A stretch of DNA of 64,000 bases from Nitrospirota bacterium. GTDB lineage: Bacteria; Nitrospirota; UBA9217. This document shows positions 1 through 9,436 of the stretch, piece by piece. A program made the translations under genes and the position numbers. The notes under the pieces are model-generated. The model saw only the letters and a program-made list of their open reading frames with translations, was not told where the DNA came from and did no database searches. Each line of letters opens with the position of its first letter. Positions within the stretch are counted from its first letter, which is position 1. Where the stretch lies: the NCBI GenBank assembly GCA_963818475.1, contig CAWFSF010000006.1, forward strand, positions 864,001-928,000, given 5' to 3'.

Positions 1-2
1 AA

Positions 3-395
3 CCCGCCGTCCTTGCGCCGGAGGAGTTCGAGATCATCAAAGGCCATACCACGCTCGGGGCAAAAATGCTCGCGGGCTCGTGTCATGCCGTTATCCGGAT
101 GGCAGAGTCGATCGCCATGAATCATCATGAGCGGTGGGACGGCAAGGGATATCCGAATGGGCTCACGGGAGAGGAAATTCCGATCGAAGGCAGGATCGTC
201 ATGCTCGCCGACCAGTACGACGCCCTGAGAAGCAAACGTCCCTACAAGCCGGAGTTCGATCATGAGAAGTCCTTCAGGATAATTGCGGCAGGCGATGGGA
301 GGACCAGGCCGGAACATTTCGATCCCCGGGTGCTTCAGGCTTTCAAGGACACGCATGCCGAGTTTGAGGAGATTTATGCAAGTCCACAAGACTGA
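3..395 (+). CDS. HD-GYP phosphodiesterase domain protein, C-terminal part (5' end outside window)
   Basis: [11 protein letters not shown] and [18 protein letters not shown] motifs. Confidence 0.9.
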   Translation, partial: PAVLAPEEFEIIKGHTTLGAKMLAGSCHAVIRMAESIAMNHHERWDGKGYPNGLTGEEIPIEGRIVMLADQYDALRSKRPYKPEFDHEKSFRIIAAGDGRTRPEHFDPRVLQAFKDTHAEFEEIYASPQD

Positions 396-406
396 GGAGA
401 AGGGTA

Positions 407-472
407 GTGAAGATTGAAGGGAGAAGTTTGAAGTTTGAAGGGGGAAGTTTGAAGGGGGAAGTTTGAAGTTTG
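407..472 (+). repeat. Heptamer tandem array (TGAAGTT/TGAAGGG) upstream of four-helix-bundle gene
   Basis: gaagtttgaagtttgaagggggaagtttgaagggggaagtttgaagtttgaa. Confidence 0.85.
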
Positions 473-495
473 AAAAAAATGAACAGAGATAGAAC

Positions 496-858
496 ATGAA
501 AAGTGATCTGCCGTTGCGGACTTTTGAGTTTGCGAAACAGATCGTGAACTTGTGCCTGCATTTGAACGGTTCACCGGGGGTGTCGCGCACACTGGCGAAC
601 CAGCTTCTGCGCTCGGGGACCTCCATCGGGGCAAATGTTGAGGAAGGACAGGCTTCTCAGAGTGCGGCGGACTTCGTGAGCAAATACAGCATTGCCTGCA
701 AGGAGGCCCGTGAAACGCATTACTGGCTCCGCTTGCTCTCGGCAACCGAACTGCTCGATGCCGCCCGGCTCAAGCCGCACGCTGATGAATGCAATGAACT
801 CATCGCTATTCTCACCAGCATTATAATAAAGATGAGGCGGAAGAAGGAAAAAGGGTGA
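496..858 (+). CDS. Four helix bundle protein (23S rRNA IVS protein / bAvd-like family)
   Basis: QLLRSGTSIGANVEEG, KYSIACKEARETHYWLRLL signature. Confidence 0.92.
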   Translation: MKSDLPLRTFEFAKQIVNLCLHLNGSPGVSRTLANQLLRSGTSIGANVEEGQASQSAADFVSKYSIACKEARETHYWLRLLSATELLDAARLKPHADECNELIAILTSIIIKMRRKKEKG

Positions 859-975
859 AGTTTGAAGGGTGAAGTTTGAAGCGTGAAGGGTGAGGTTAAA
901 CTTACAAAGTTGATTGACAAGTCAAACAGCTGAGCTCATAATCCGAAAGCAATTTGACTTCAAGCTTCAAACTTT
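855..975. repeat. Heptamer array followed by its reverse complement (TGAAGTT ... CTTCAAA)
   Basis: gtgaagtttgaagggtgaagtttgaagcgtgaag ... cttcaagcttcaaacttt. Confidence 0.75.
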
Positions 976-1000
976 AAAAAATGATCAGGAGGCAATCGCC

Positions 1001-1441
1001 ATGAATGGAGACACGCAGGCAGGTGGTGTAACGGTAACTGATAACATGATGGCTTCGATGCGCTCGATAAAACCGTGGACAAAACTTATGGCAATACTGG
1101 GGTTCGCAAGCGTCGGACTTATGGTTCTTTTCAGCGTTGTCTTTATGGTTTTTGCGAACACGTTCCCGCAGCAGAAAAACGCCCCTTCGCCCTACATAGG
1201 ATTTATGTACATCGTGTTTGCAATTCTGTACTTTTTCCCCGCTTTTTACCTGTACAAGTATTCTGCTTCAATTGGCGCTTTCCTCAAAAGCAATGGCTCA
1301 ATAGATCTGGAATCCGCCCTGTCATACCAGAAGTCATTCTGGAAATTCGTGGGCATCGCCGCCTTGGTCGGGATGATTCTAGGCGTTCTCGCAATCGCTG
1401 CCGCCGTCATCATACCGATCTTGACGAAGGCAAGAGTGTGA
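1001..1441 (+). CDS. Membrane protein, DUF5362-like
   Basis: KPWTKLMAILGF, FFPAFYLYKYS, QKSFWKFVGI; three TM segments; RBS aggagg. Confidence 0.7.
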   Translation: MNGDTQAGGVTVTDNMMASMRSIKPWTKLMAILGFASVGLMVLFSVVFMVFANTFPQQKNAPSPYIGFMYIVFAILYFFPAFYLYKYSASIGAFLKSNGSIDLESALSYQKSFWKFVGIAALVGMILGVLAIAAAVIIPILTKARV

Positions 1442-1607
1442 AGTGTGAAGTGTGAAGTGTGAAAGGTGAAGGGTGAAGGTTGAAGCTTGAAGTGTGAAAT
1501 AGTTCGGTAAAGCAGTTGATTTCAAACTTCACTCTTCGAACTTCAAACTTGTAACGTTCTGGCGGAAGCCAATTGATTTCAAACTTCACCCTTCGAACTT
1601 CAAACTT
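1436..1607. repeat. Inverted heptamer arrays with a duplicated 35-bp reverse arm (1516-1550 and 1573-1607)
   Basis: (gtgtgaa)n ... ttgatttcaaacttcac[t/c]cttcgaacttcaaactt twice. Confidence 0.8.
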
Positions 1608-1628
1608 CTAGTAAAGGGAGAGTACACG

Positions 1629-1943
1629 ATGAAAAAACTGGGCTTGGTTATCTTAATTTCTCTCCTGGTCGGCTGCTCTTCAGTGCCGGTCAAAATCCCC
1701 ACCGTTATGGAAAAACAATATGATGTTCTCGGCGAGGGCGAGGGTTCTGGTGTCGGGATCATGCTGTTCAATTTGATACCCATAGGCCAGAATGAGCGTC
1801 TGGAGCGGGCATACAATGAGGCTATTTTCAGTAAAAATGGCGACGCTTTGCTCAATCCGGTCATTTCAGAGCGCTGGTTCTGGGCCTATGTTCTGAATGG
1901 ATACGTAACAACGGTGAAGGGGACCGTGATCAAATATAAGTAG
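1629..1943 (+). CDS. Small lipoprotein
   Basis: Signal peptide with lipobox LVGC; RBS agggag. Confidence 0.8.
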   Translation: MKKLGLVILISLLVGCSSVPVKIPTVMEKQYDVLGEGEGSGVGIMLFNLIPIGQNERLERAYNEAIFSKNGDALLNPVISERWFWAYVLNGYVTTVKGTVIKYK

Positions 1944-2123
1944 TCCTACAAAAGCGGTCTGACGAGTCTTCAAACGTCACTTTTCAAACTTCTAATCGTC
2001 GGTTCCCTGAGTCGGTTCCAAGGCGGGGCTACCGCATTCCTTCCCTTACCAAGGGGAGGTTAGGTGGGGTGATTTGAGGAGAAAGAGGTCCGATCTAATT
2101 CTGGTTGTCCGAGGGGGTATGCC

Positions 2124-2789
2124 ATGCTTAGGGAAGCTTTTGATTTAGTGAATGGGACGCCATGGCCGACGTTGGCGGTGCTTATTGGGTTCATCATGTT
2201 ATCTGTCGGCTTTGGTCTCCGGATCAGTGTTGTTTTTAATGTGGAACAATTGAACAAAACCTATGCAAAAATCATTGGAATCGCACTTCTTATGATCGGG
2301 CTTGCTCCTCACGCGACGAGTCTTTTTTCTGATAACCCTCAAACGCCTCTCACAACCGACCCCTGGCTCATCTATTATGTTTCTTCCATGCTGTTTTTCG
2401 TGGCGCTTTGTTTCTCCATACTGAAGTTTACCGTGACAGAGTCCCAAGCTCGTGCCATGAAAAGCGGTTTCCTGCTGGTCGGAGCACTGGTTTCGCTGGC
2501 TGTTCTGTGGCGGGTCGCCGCCGTTTATTTCTACATAAGTACGCCTGGTAATCACGATGCTCCTTTCGACCTCTATCAAAAGCACAGCTATTTCCCTTAC
2601 TTCGTCATCGTGGGTGCAGGCATCCTCGTGATTCTTTGGATCATACACAGGTTTACCCAAGCGGAATCAAACAACATGAACAGGGTGAGGCTCTACGAGT
2701 ATTTTGCATCCTTGACAGCATATTTGATCTTTTGCAGGTTTGCGTGGGAGCTGGCGGACTTACTAGCGAGAAAGCATATGCCACAGTAG
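2124..2789 (+). CDS. Hypothetical multi-pass membrane protein
   Basis: About six hydrophobic segments; RBS gagggg. Confidence 0.65.
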   Translation: MLREAFDLVNGTPWPTLAVLIGFIMLSVGFGLRISVVFNVEQLNKTYAKIIGIALLMIGLAPHATSLFSDNPQTPLTTDPWLIYYVSSMLFFVALCFSILKFTVTESQARAMKSGFLLVGALVSLAVLWRVAAVYFYISTPGNHDAPFDLYQKHSYFPYFVIVGAGILVILWIIHRFTQAESNNMNRVRLYEYFASLTAYLIFCRFAWELADLLARKHMPQ

Positions 2790-3053
2790 CGATAACGTGA
2801 CGGGATTCGTTGATGATCACGGCAAGAAGGCCAAGGAATTCGATGGAAAACAGCGCATGAAGGTGATGAACATCGATGACAGGAGTGATGCTGACCGAGC
2901 AGCAGAAAGAACAGCTGCTCCGGAACTGGAAGATTCCCGAACGGCAGGGTGGAAACGTCGGTTGTGCGGCCAGACATGGTTCGAGAGTAAGATTGGGGCA
3001 GGAGAGGTTGAGGGATCCCAATGGTCCCCGGCCTTGAGTGATGAACAGTAAGG

Positions 3054-3086
3054 TAGTTCGTCACGTATTAACGTCCCCTAAGTTGT
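3054..3086 (+). repeat. 33-bp direct repeat, copy 1 (Y1-transposase end-like motif)
   Basis: TAGTTCGTCACGTATTAACGTCCCCTAAGTTGT identical at 4037-4069. Confidence 0.9.
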
Positions 3087-3088
3087 TC

Positions 3089-3236
3089 TTGCTCAATCCC
3101 GTCATTTCAGAGCGCTGGTTCTGGGCCTACGTTCTGAATGGATACGTAACAACGGTGAAGGGAACCGTGATCAAATATAAGTAGTCCAACAAAAGTGGTC
3201 TGACGAGTCTTCAAACTTCACTTTTCAAACTTCTAA
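3089..3236 (+). repeat. Duplicate of the lipoprotein 3' end and downstream DNA (1848-1995)
   Basis: 148 bp with 6 mismatches. Confidence 0.9.
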
Positions 3237-3286
3237 CTTCTATGTCGTCAAGACCCTAAGTGCCTCACAAAAGTTCTGTTGAAAGC

Positions 3287-3333
3287 ACCTGTCATTTCTG
3301 ACAGGTGACAGCGAACAAAAAATCGTTTACAAT
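3287..3333 (+). promoter_or_regulatory. lux-box-like palindrome plus -10 (copy 1)
   Basis: ACCTGTCATTTCTGACAGGT, 21 nt, TACAAT. Confidence 0.75.
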
Positions 3334-3523
3334 CCTGAAACAATTTGTCGAGGGCTGTTTAGTTAAGATCATAACGTAAGGTTTCGACAAGATAAAAAGG
3401 AAACACTTGCTTGTCAGGTCAAGTAAAAATAGACGTGGTAGGTATATGGGGACATTAGAGGGATGGAATGCATCAAACAACAAATGCATCACGTCCCGCG
3501 TCGGTCCCGTATGTGAGGGAACA

Positions 3524-3976
3524 ATGAAGTTAGGAGAGCTGATTCAGCAAGCACTCGACAAACAAGGTATTGCAACTCTTAAGGCGGCATCGAAAAAGGC
3601 AGGAGTATCAGCTGAGTGCTTGAGGATGTTTTTAGGCGCCGGTCATCTGCCGAAAGATAACACGCTCATAAAGATTGCGAAAAATCTGGGGCTGGACGAG
3701 AATTCAATCATACTCGCTGCCCACAGAGAAAGACTCTCGGGGGCCGGCGAGGATAATCTTCTTGTTCCCGTAGTCAGCGAGTACGAGAAAAAAAGGATAT
3801 GGCCGATTTCCGAGGAACAGTGGCAGTACCTCGAAAAAATTATGCGCCAGCCGGAAATTCAACTGATCAGAAAATACCGTCAGGTCTCGACGGAAGGCCA
3901 GGTTCAAATAAAAGGTTATGTCGATTTTATGTTCGTGTCGAACCGTAGCAAGCCACCGTCCGAGAGTGCTCCCTGA
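3524..3976 (+). CDS. XRE/Cro-like HTH regulator
   Basis: LKAASKKAGVSAECLRMF..LPKDNTLIKIAKNLGLD. Confidence 0.7.
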   Translation: MKLGELIQQALDKQGIATLKAASKKAGVSAECLRMFLGAGHLPKDNTLIKIAKNLGLDENSIILAAHRERLSGAGEDNLLVPVVSEYEKKRIWPISEEQWQYLEKIMRQPEIQLIRKYRQVSTEGQVQIKGYVDFMFVSNRSKPPSESAP

Positions 3977-4036
3977 TCGCTCTTTGATAGTCTGTCGAGC
4001 CTGACCGGGGGGCGAGAGCATCTTAGGGTCACTAAA

Positions 4037-4069
4037 TAGTTCGTCACGTATTAACGTCCCCTAAGTTGT
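4037..4069 (+). repeat. 33-bp direct repeat, copy 2
   Basis: Identical to 3054-3086. Confidence 0.9.
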
Positions 4070-4096
4070 CGAGGCAGGTAGAATCATCAAGGTGAT

Positions 4097-4145
4097 GGGG
4101 ACAGGTCTTGAAATATAAGAAACTGCCATTTCAAGACGCGACCTC
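4097..4145. repeat. REP-like hairpin
   Basis: ggggacagGTCTTGAAAT ... ATTTCAAGACgcgacc. Confidence 0.6.
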
Positions 4146-4211
4146 AAATGTTTCGAGAAAAGACAGAGAGCGAACCTGCTCCATTCCTGTAAATGAAGGT
4201 GAGAAAATATC

Positions 4212-4436
4212 ATGCATGCGATATTTGAAAAAGCAAATCAAGGCTTACACGTTATAATATTTTTCCTGGTGCTCATTGGCGTCCTGTCCATATCAGCGCG
4301 CTTGATCGTCAGGTACAAGCTGAAAAACAGCAGTAGATCCAGACGAGAGAAAAGGGTCTTTGAGGATTTAGCCGCGGTTGCAGTCGCCGGACTTCTCGGG
4401 ATCGTAATGCTGCAAACGCTTGGCAATATGAAATGA
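4212..4436 (+). CDS. Small two-TM membrane protein
   Basis: Two hydrophobic helices; RBS aaggtgag. Confidence 0.5.
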   Translation: MHAIFEKANQGLHVIIFFLVLIGVLSISARLIVRYKLKNSSRSRREKRVFEDLAAVAVAGLLGIVMLQTLGNMK

Positions 4437-4693
4437 ACGTCCTGGTAGATTCTGAATCAAGGCTGACATAAAAGTAGGCGTGGACCTATGAGGTTGGATA
4501 TGGTTCGAGAGCGCGATGAGGAAGGTGAAGACCGAGTAACGCAACGTAAGTAACAACGTTATATATCAATAAGCGAATAGACAAACCGATCAGTATAGCT
4601 GAAAGAAAATTATTTTATAAGCTAGCAAAAAGAGAAGCCTCCTGCTAAGAATAAGTTTATTCCGAAACTAAATTCTCGCACAGGAGGCCTCTC

Positions 4694-5986
4694 ATGAATG
4701 ATTCAGATGGTATCAGGCTGCAGGAATTTTGTCAATTCAAGAAAGAGATTCGCGGTTCGACGCAGTATTTGGTCGTAGGACTTGATGTCGCCAAGGAACG
4801 GCATAATGCCTTCTTTGGCACCGCGACCGGTAGGACACTGCACAAAGGGATGTTCTTTGATAATACGTACGATGGTTTCCAAAAGCTCCTGATCCAAACG
4901 GACGCGCTCAAGGTGCAGCATGGCCTGCGCAAAGTAGTTTTCGGACTGGAACCCACGGCCAATTATCATAAACCCCTGGGAGAATATCTCATCAAGGGCG
5001 GACACTTGGTTGTTCTGGTATCTGCTGCAGCCACGTCAAAGAACCGTGAGCTTATGGATGGCCGATGGGATAAGCACGACACCAAAGATGCCGCGAATGT
5101 CGCCGACCTAATCTCCCTGGGAAAATGCCTGTACTACGACTGCCCGGGGGAGGATCTGCGGTCCTTGCGGGGGCTGTTGTCCTTAAAGAAACGGCTCAAA
5201 AAAGAGGAGCACGGTCTCCGGGTCCGCATCCGCAATCAGCTTCTGGCCCAGTACTTCCCGGAAATGGACCAGCACTTCGGTTCGGTAGCGAGTCTGAACG
5301 TGGTCCAGCGATGCATGGATCCCTCGCTTATCTCCCTTATGGAATACGACGAGTTCTGCCGGACGGTATCGCCCGGCAAGGTGAATATGGCGCAGCAGCG
5401 GCGGCTTACGCAGATATGGCGGGCTGCCAAGCAGTCCATTGGCTGCATCGTCGGAGAAGCGGTGTCCGTGGAAGCACAGATCATGGTGATGGGACTTCAC
5501 CAAGTCCGGGAGACGATCAAGACCGTTGAGGACAAAATCGAGGACATCTGCCTGAAGTTTCCGGAGTACTCGTTCCTTCTCATGATTCCCGGTTTCGGTC
5601 CGGATGTGTCTTCCAAGGTCCTGGCTGCCATCGGCGATCCCGAACGCTTTACGAACGGTAAGCAGGTCTTGAAGATGGCCGGATTCGATCTGTGCGCGAG
5701 CCGAAGCGGAAAAACGTCAAATAGCGCCACACCGGTCATCTCCAAGCATGGGAAATCCGATCTCCGCTACGCTCTGTATCAGGCGGCGATCATCAGTTCG
5801 CTCAACTATAAAGAGTTCATCGTCTACCACACGAATAAGATAAAGGGACGGGAGCGGGAAAAAGGGATTGGCACCAAGATGCGGGTGAAACTGGCAGCAA
5901 AACTGTTGATCATCGCTTGGACGCTCATGAAGAAAAAAGAAACATTCGACCCGAAATACCTCAGCCAGGGGGGTAGTAAGGCATAG
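4694..5986 (+). CDS. IS110 DEDD recombinase/transposase
   Basis: VGLDVAK, GLEPTANY, KHDTKDA, IPGFG, SRSGK. Confidence 0.95.
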   Translation: MNDSDGIRLQEFCQFKKEIRGSTQYLVVGLDVAKERHNAFFGTATGRTLHKGMFFDNTYDGFQKLLIQTDALKVQHGLRKVVFGLEPTANYHKPLGEYLIKGGHLVVLVSAAATSKNRELMDGRWDKHDTKDAANVADLISLGKCLYYDCPGEDLRSLRGLLSLKKRLKKEEHGLRVRIRNQLLAQYFPEMDQHFGSVASLNVVQRCMDPSLISLMEYDEFCRTVSPGKVNMAQQRRLTQIWRAAKQSIGCIVGEAVSVEAQIMVMGLHQVRETIKTVEDKIEDICLKFPEYSFLLMIPGFGPDVSSKVLAAIGDPERFTNGKQVLKMAGFDLCASRSGKTSNSATPVISKHGKSDLRYALYQAAIISSLNYKEFIVYHTNKIKGREREKGIGTKMRVKLAAKLLIIAWTLMKKKETFDPKYLSQGGSKA

Positions 5987-6009
5987 GCCGGACTGAAAAT
6001 TGAATTTCG

Positions 6010-6200
6010 ACGTAGAGAGCCCGGGACACAACGTTGAGGCGAATGACCTCGTGAGGGACAATACAGGGCCTCTCATAGAACTTGAGAATCTGGATAAGGG
6101 ATGCTTGGCGGCAACGGCACGCCGGATATTTATAACGCTTAGAGAGCAAGTTCGCTTTACGTGAGAAAGTCGTCGAAGAAAATGCTGATGTCCAAACAGG
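6010..6200 (+). ncRNA. Predicted bridge/seek RNA in IS110-1 right end (boundaries approximate)
   Basis: Conserved with IS110-2 right end; ACAACGT and GGGAC match the target, GGATG and TATAAC match the donor ends. Confidence 0.7.
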
Positions 6201-6304
6201 ACGCATAGGTGAAGTGCGTCTTCAAGAAAAACCGTCAGTTATCGTATTGGAATTTCAGCGAAAGCAAGTTGCACTTGACAAGGGGGCTATAGGATGTCCC
6301 CGAG

Positions 6305-7254
6305 TCGGTTCTGACTACTTAGTATTTGACGAAAAAAATATCGAACATGCGCGAAAACTAATTATTCCACGTGAAAGCAATATGGAGCTTGCCAAAAATA
6401 GGCTAAACAATTTTGCAAATCATACCGGCCTAAAAACGATTTCGGCAAATAATAATGTAAATGTTACTGAACTATTGAACAGATATTTTAGTTGTAGCCC
6501 GCCGTTCGCCGAATCTGGGCAAAAGAAAAATGAGTTTCCCGATGCTATCGCATTAATGACACTAGAAGACTGGGCAAAGCAAAAGAACGTAAAAATTATA
6601 GCTGTTTCTTTAGATAAAGATTGGCACGATTTCGGAAAAGCATCTGAATATATAGACGTTACATCTGATTTAGCTGAAGCAATATCCATCTTCCAGCCTC
6701 ACAATACTGCTTTTGCATTTTGTATCAAACTAGCGAGCGATTTGATGACAACAGCGGGCGAAAAAATACGAGACCCCTTAGAATCGTATTTACGAAATTA
6801 TGTGGAAAATATGGATGTTTATGCCGAAGGAAGTTCTGCGTACTATTTTGAATCTGATTATGTGGAAACAAAATATAATACCTTTGAATTTTTAGTTAAC
6901 CATGAAGACAAGGCACAACTACGGCCGGTACAAATACAGGAAAATACGATTGTTGTAGAGTCTGAACTTACAATAAAGGCAGAAGCATCATCTGATTTTA
7001 CTTTTTCAGTTCATGATTCAATCGATAATGATGATATGAAAATTGGCGATGCAGAGGCTACACGCGACTTCGAATTCGACTCAAAGGTACTTATTACCTT
7101 AACGGGCGATTTCGATAAAGGACTCGATTTTGTAAAGGTAATAGCATTCGAGGTTTTATCTTCGCCAAAGTATGTAGATTTTGGAGAAATCGGCCCTGAG
7201 TGGGGTTACCATGAATTAGGTTATAATGAACTAGGTTATAATGAGTCGCAGTAA
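6305..7254 (+). CDS. PIN-domain (DUF4935-like) protein, probably 5'-truncated
   Basis: PPFAESGQKKNEFPDAIAL and VSLDKDW motifs; no N-terminal DT motif; AT-rich. Confidence 0.65.
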
Positions 7255-7343
7255 GTGCTGCATATAGGTCGATTGTCATCAAATGAGATTTTACCGCCGT
7301 GCTCTCCGCAAGGTGTCGCAGCACGTCAAAAAAGGAGGATAGC

Positions 7344-8360
7344 TTGCACATATTCAATAAACCGAGGGTCTTCTTATCTCATTCAGCAAAGGACAAGACT
7401 TTTATCGAAAGGCTATCGACAGACCTCCATAAATGTCAAATTGAACCGTGGTTGGATACTGAGGAAATCAGGGATGGTAAGTCCTGGCTAAAAGTTATAT
7501 TTGAAGACGGTATCCCGACCTGTGACAGTATCATGGTCTATTTTACCGAGAATTCTATTAATTCGAAAATGGTTGGGAAAGAAATTGACTCATCGCTTAT
7601 CACTCAATTAAGTGATAGTGGTATCGGGATTATTCCGTATGTCCAAAAAGCCGAACTGAGAAAGAAATTAAGGGTTGATTTGCAAACGCTGCATTGCCGT
7701 GAGTGGAATGATGCAAACTACCAAGATCTATTGCCATCTGTAGTTGCAGAGATATGGCATAGTTATATGGAAAGAACTGTAAGTACGGCTGTAGCTCAGG
7801 AGAGAAATAGGCGATTGGAATTGGAACTTGAAATTATTAAGCAACAAGAAAGATACGAATCGTCACCATTTACACCTTCAGAAGAAGCAGATTATAAATA
7901 TATCTATGATTCCCTAGGCCAAACGATTGACATTTGCTTCGGTTTATATGTCAAACACAACTCTTCATCTCTTGAAAAGCGTAAAGACGTCTTCCAATTT
8001 ACCTATCTCGACCTAGTGTTACTCAGTTTACAAAATGGTCAGGTGTATTGTGATTGGGACGAAATTAGGTACAGCTTAATAGGAATATTAAAAGAGCACG
8101 GATATCCGGAAGCTACTGAAGAAGACAGCAGGTATATTAATTCTAAAGACAACATGGGAGCGACATTCGTAGTTAACATAAGAACAATTGGACTAACGAA
8201 GAGAGTGCAGGCGGATGATGGTTTTGGATACCTTAAGCCGCAAGATGAATATTCTGAAAAAGCATTCAGATTTAATTATTGGCTAGGTTTTAATAACAAA
8301 TTGAAGAAAGAACTCACCTTTAAATATACTAAAGGTGAAGAATTGAAAATGAAGTTCTAA
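7344..8360 (+). CDS. TIR-domain protein
   Basis: VFLSHSAKDK..PWLDTEEI..SKMVGKEI; GGAGG RBS before TTG. Confidence 0.85.
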   Translation: MHIFNKPRVFLSHSAKDKTFIERLSTDLHKCQIEPWLDTEEIRDGKSWLKVIFEDGIPTCDSIMVYFTENSINSKMVGKEIDSSLITQLSDSGIGIIPYVQKAELRKKLRVDLQTLHCREWNDANYQDLLPSVVAEIWHSYMERTVSTAVAQERNRRLELELEIIKQQERYESSPFTPSEEADYKYIYDSLGQTIDICFGLYVKHNSSSLEKRKDVFQFTYLDLVLLSLQNGQVYCDWDEIRYSLIGILKEHGYPEATEEDSRYINSKDNMGATFVVNIRTIGLTKRVQADDGFGYLKPQDEYSEKAFRFNYWLGFNNKLKKELTFKYTKGEELKMKF

Positions 8361-8705
8361 GTGAACTTTTTTGTCGAAGAAAAGCAAAGTTAAAACAATA
8401 TTACCATAGTGTCTCAAAGTGTTTATCATTTGAAGGCACTCCAAATATACTAAAACTTAAAAAGGAAATGATGAAAACTCTTTTTGAAATTGAGAATTTT
8501 GGAACAATCGATACCGACAGGGGACTATTGGGGGACTATTGGGGTCAGACTTTAAAATTGACATTCTGGCTTTTCTCGGGGAGCTACGGAGATCTATATA
8601 GGGTCGGTCTGCTTTCTTACCATTCGGACTCTTTAGAAAATGGACTTTAATTGGGATGGATGCTTTGCACTCTGAATCCTCGCCCACCAGGAAAGGACCG
8701 CTGTC

Positions 8706-9245
8706 ATGTCCTTTGAATTCTGGCTCCTCTACGCAGTCACCGTGTTCCTCGCCTCGATCAGCCCCGGTCCCAGCATGCTGCTTGCACTGACGCACGGCAT
8801 GAAGTACGGGGCGCGGCGGACCATGACGACGGCGTCGGGCAACGTCGTCGCTTCGCTGCTCCAGGCGGCGGTATCTATCGCAGGTCTGGGCGCAATCCTT
8901 ACCCTGTCGGAAGGCGTGTTCTTGGTCATCCGGTGGCTGGGGGCAGGGTACCTCATCTACCTCGGCATCGTCACGTGGCGATCATCCTCGCTCTTGCAGG
9001 CAGGAGAGGAGGGCGGCGCGCCCGGTCCCGAGCTTTCGCTTCGGGGCATGTTCCTCCGGTCGTTCTTCGTTGCAGCGGGGAACCCGAAGGCGCTCATCGC
9101 CTTCTTGTGCTTCATGCTCTATGCAACGGCGGGTCAGCGCATCCTTGCGCTCTTCTCTCGGCAGGCCGCCGGCAGAAACCTGAACCGGATCGCCGGCGGC
9201 GCCTTTATCGGGGCCGGTATCGGGCTCGCTGTAAGCAGGCGATGA
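8706..9245 (+). pseudogene. LysE/RhtB translocator copy with 30-aa in-frame deletion
   Basis: Near-identical to 10619-11248 but GNPKA is joined to LIAFL. Confidence 0.8.
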
Positions 9246-9436
9246 GGGGTGGAAGGGGCAGGGTTCAGGGTTCAGATCTCTCATCAAGACCGCCCCTCGC
9301 CCTAGCCCTCTAACTCTAGGGGGAGGGAAAAGGGGAGAGGGTGCTTGGTTATTGAGAATCTTCAGGGTCGGGTCTACTTTCTTTTTCTCATTCCTTCCGC
9401 ATATCGACATCACAGCCTTCCCTCGGAGACCTAGAA

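Larger units (their letters stand above)
4558..6297 (+). mobile_element. IS110-family element 1 with GT core at both junctions, inserted in AACAAC-GT-CCCC
   Basis: Left gtaacaacGTtatata, right ctataggatGTcccc; removing it restores the Y1-transposase inverted repeat motif. Confidence 0.88.

Noticed and set aside
407-1607. CRISPR array
   Set aside because: Repeats are 7-mers without unique spacers; no cas genes.
6214-6304. ORF-track start of the PIN gene
   Set aside because: This segment lies inside the IS110 right end; read-through is fortuitous.
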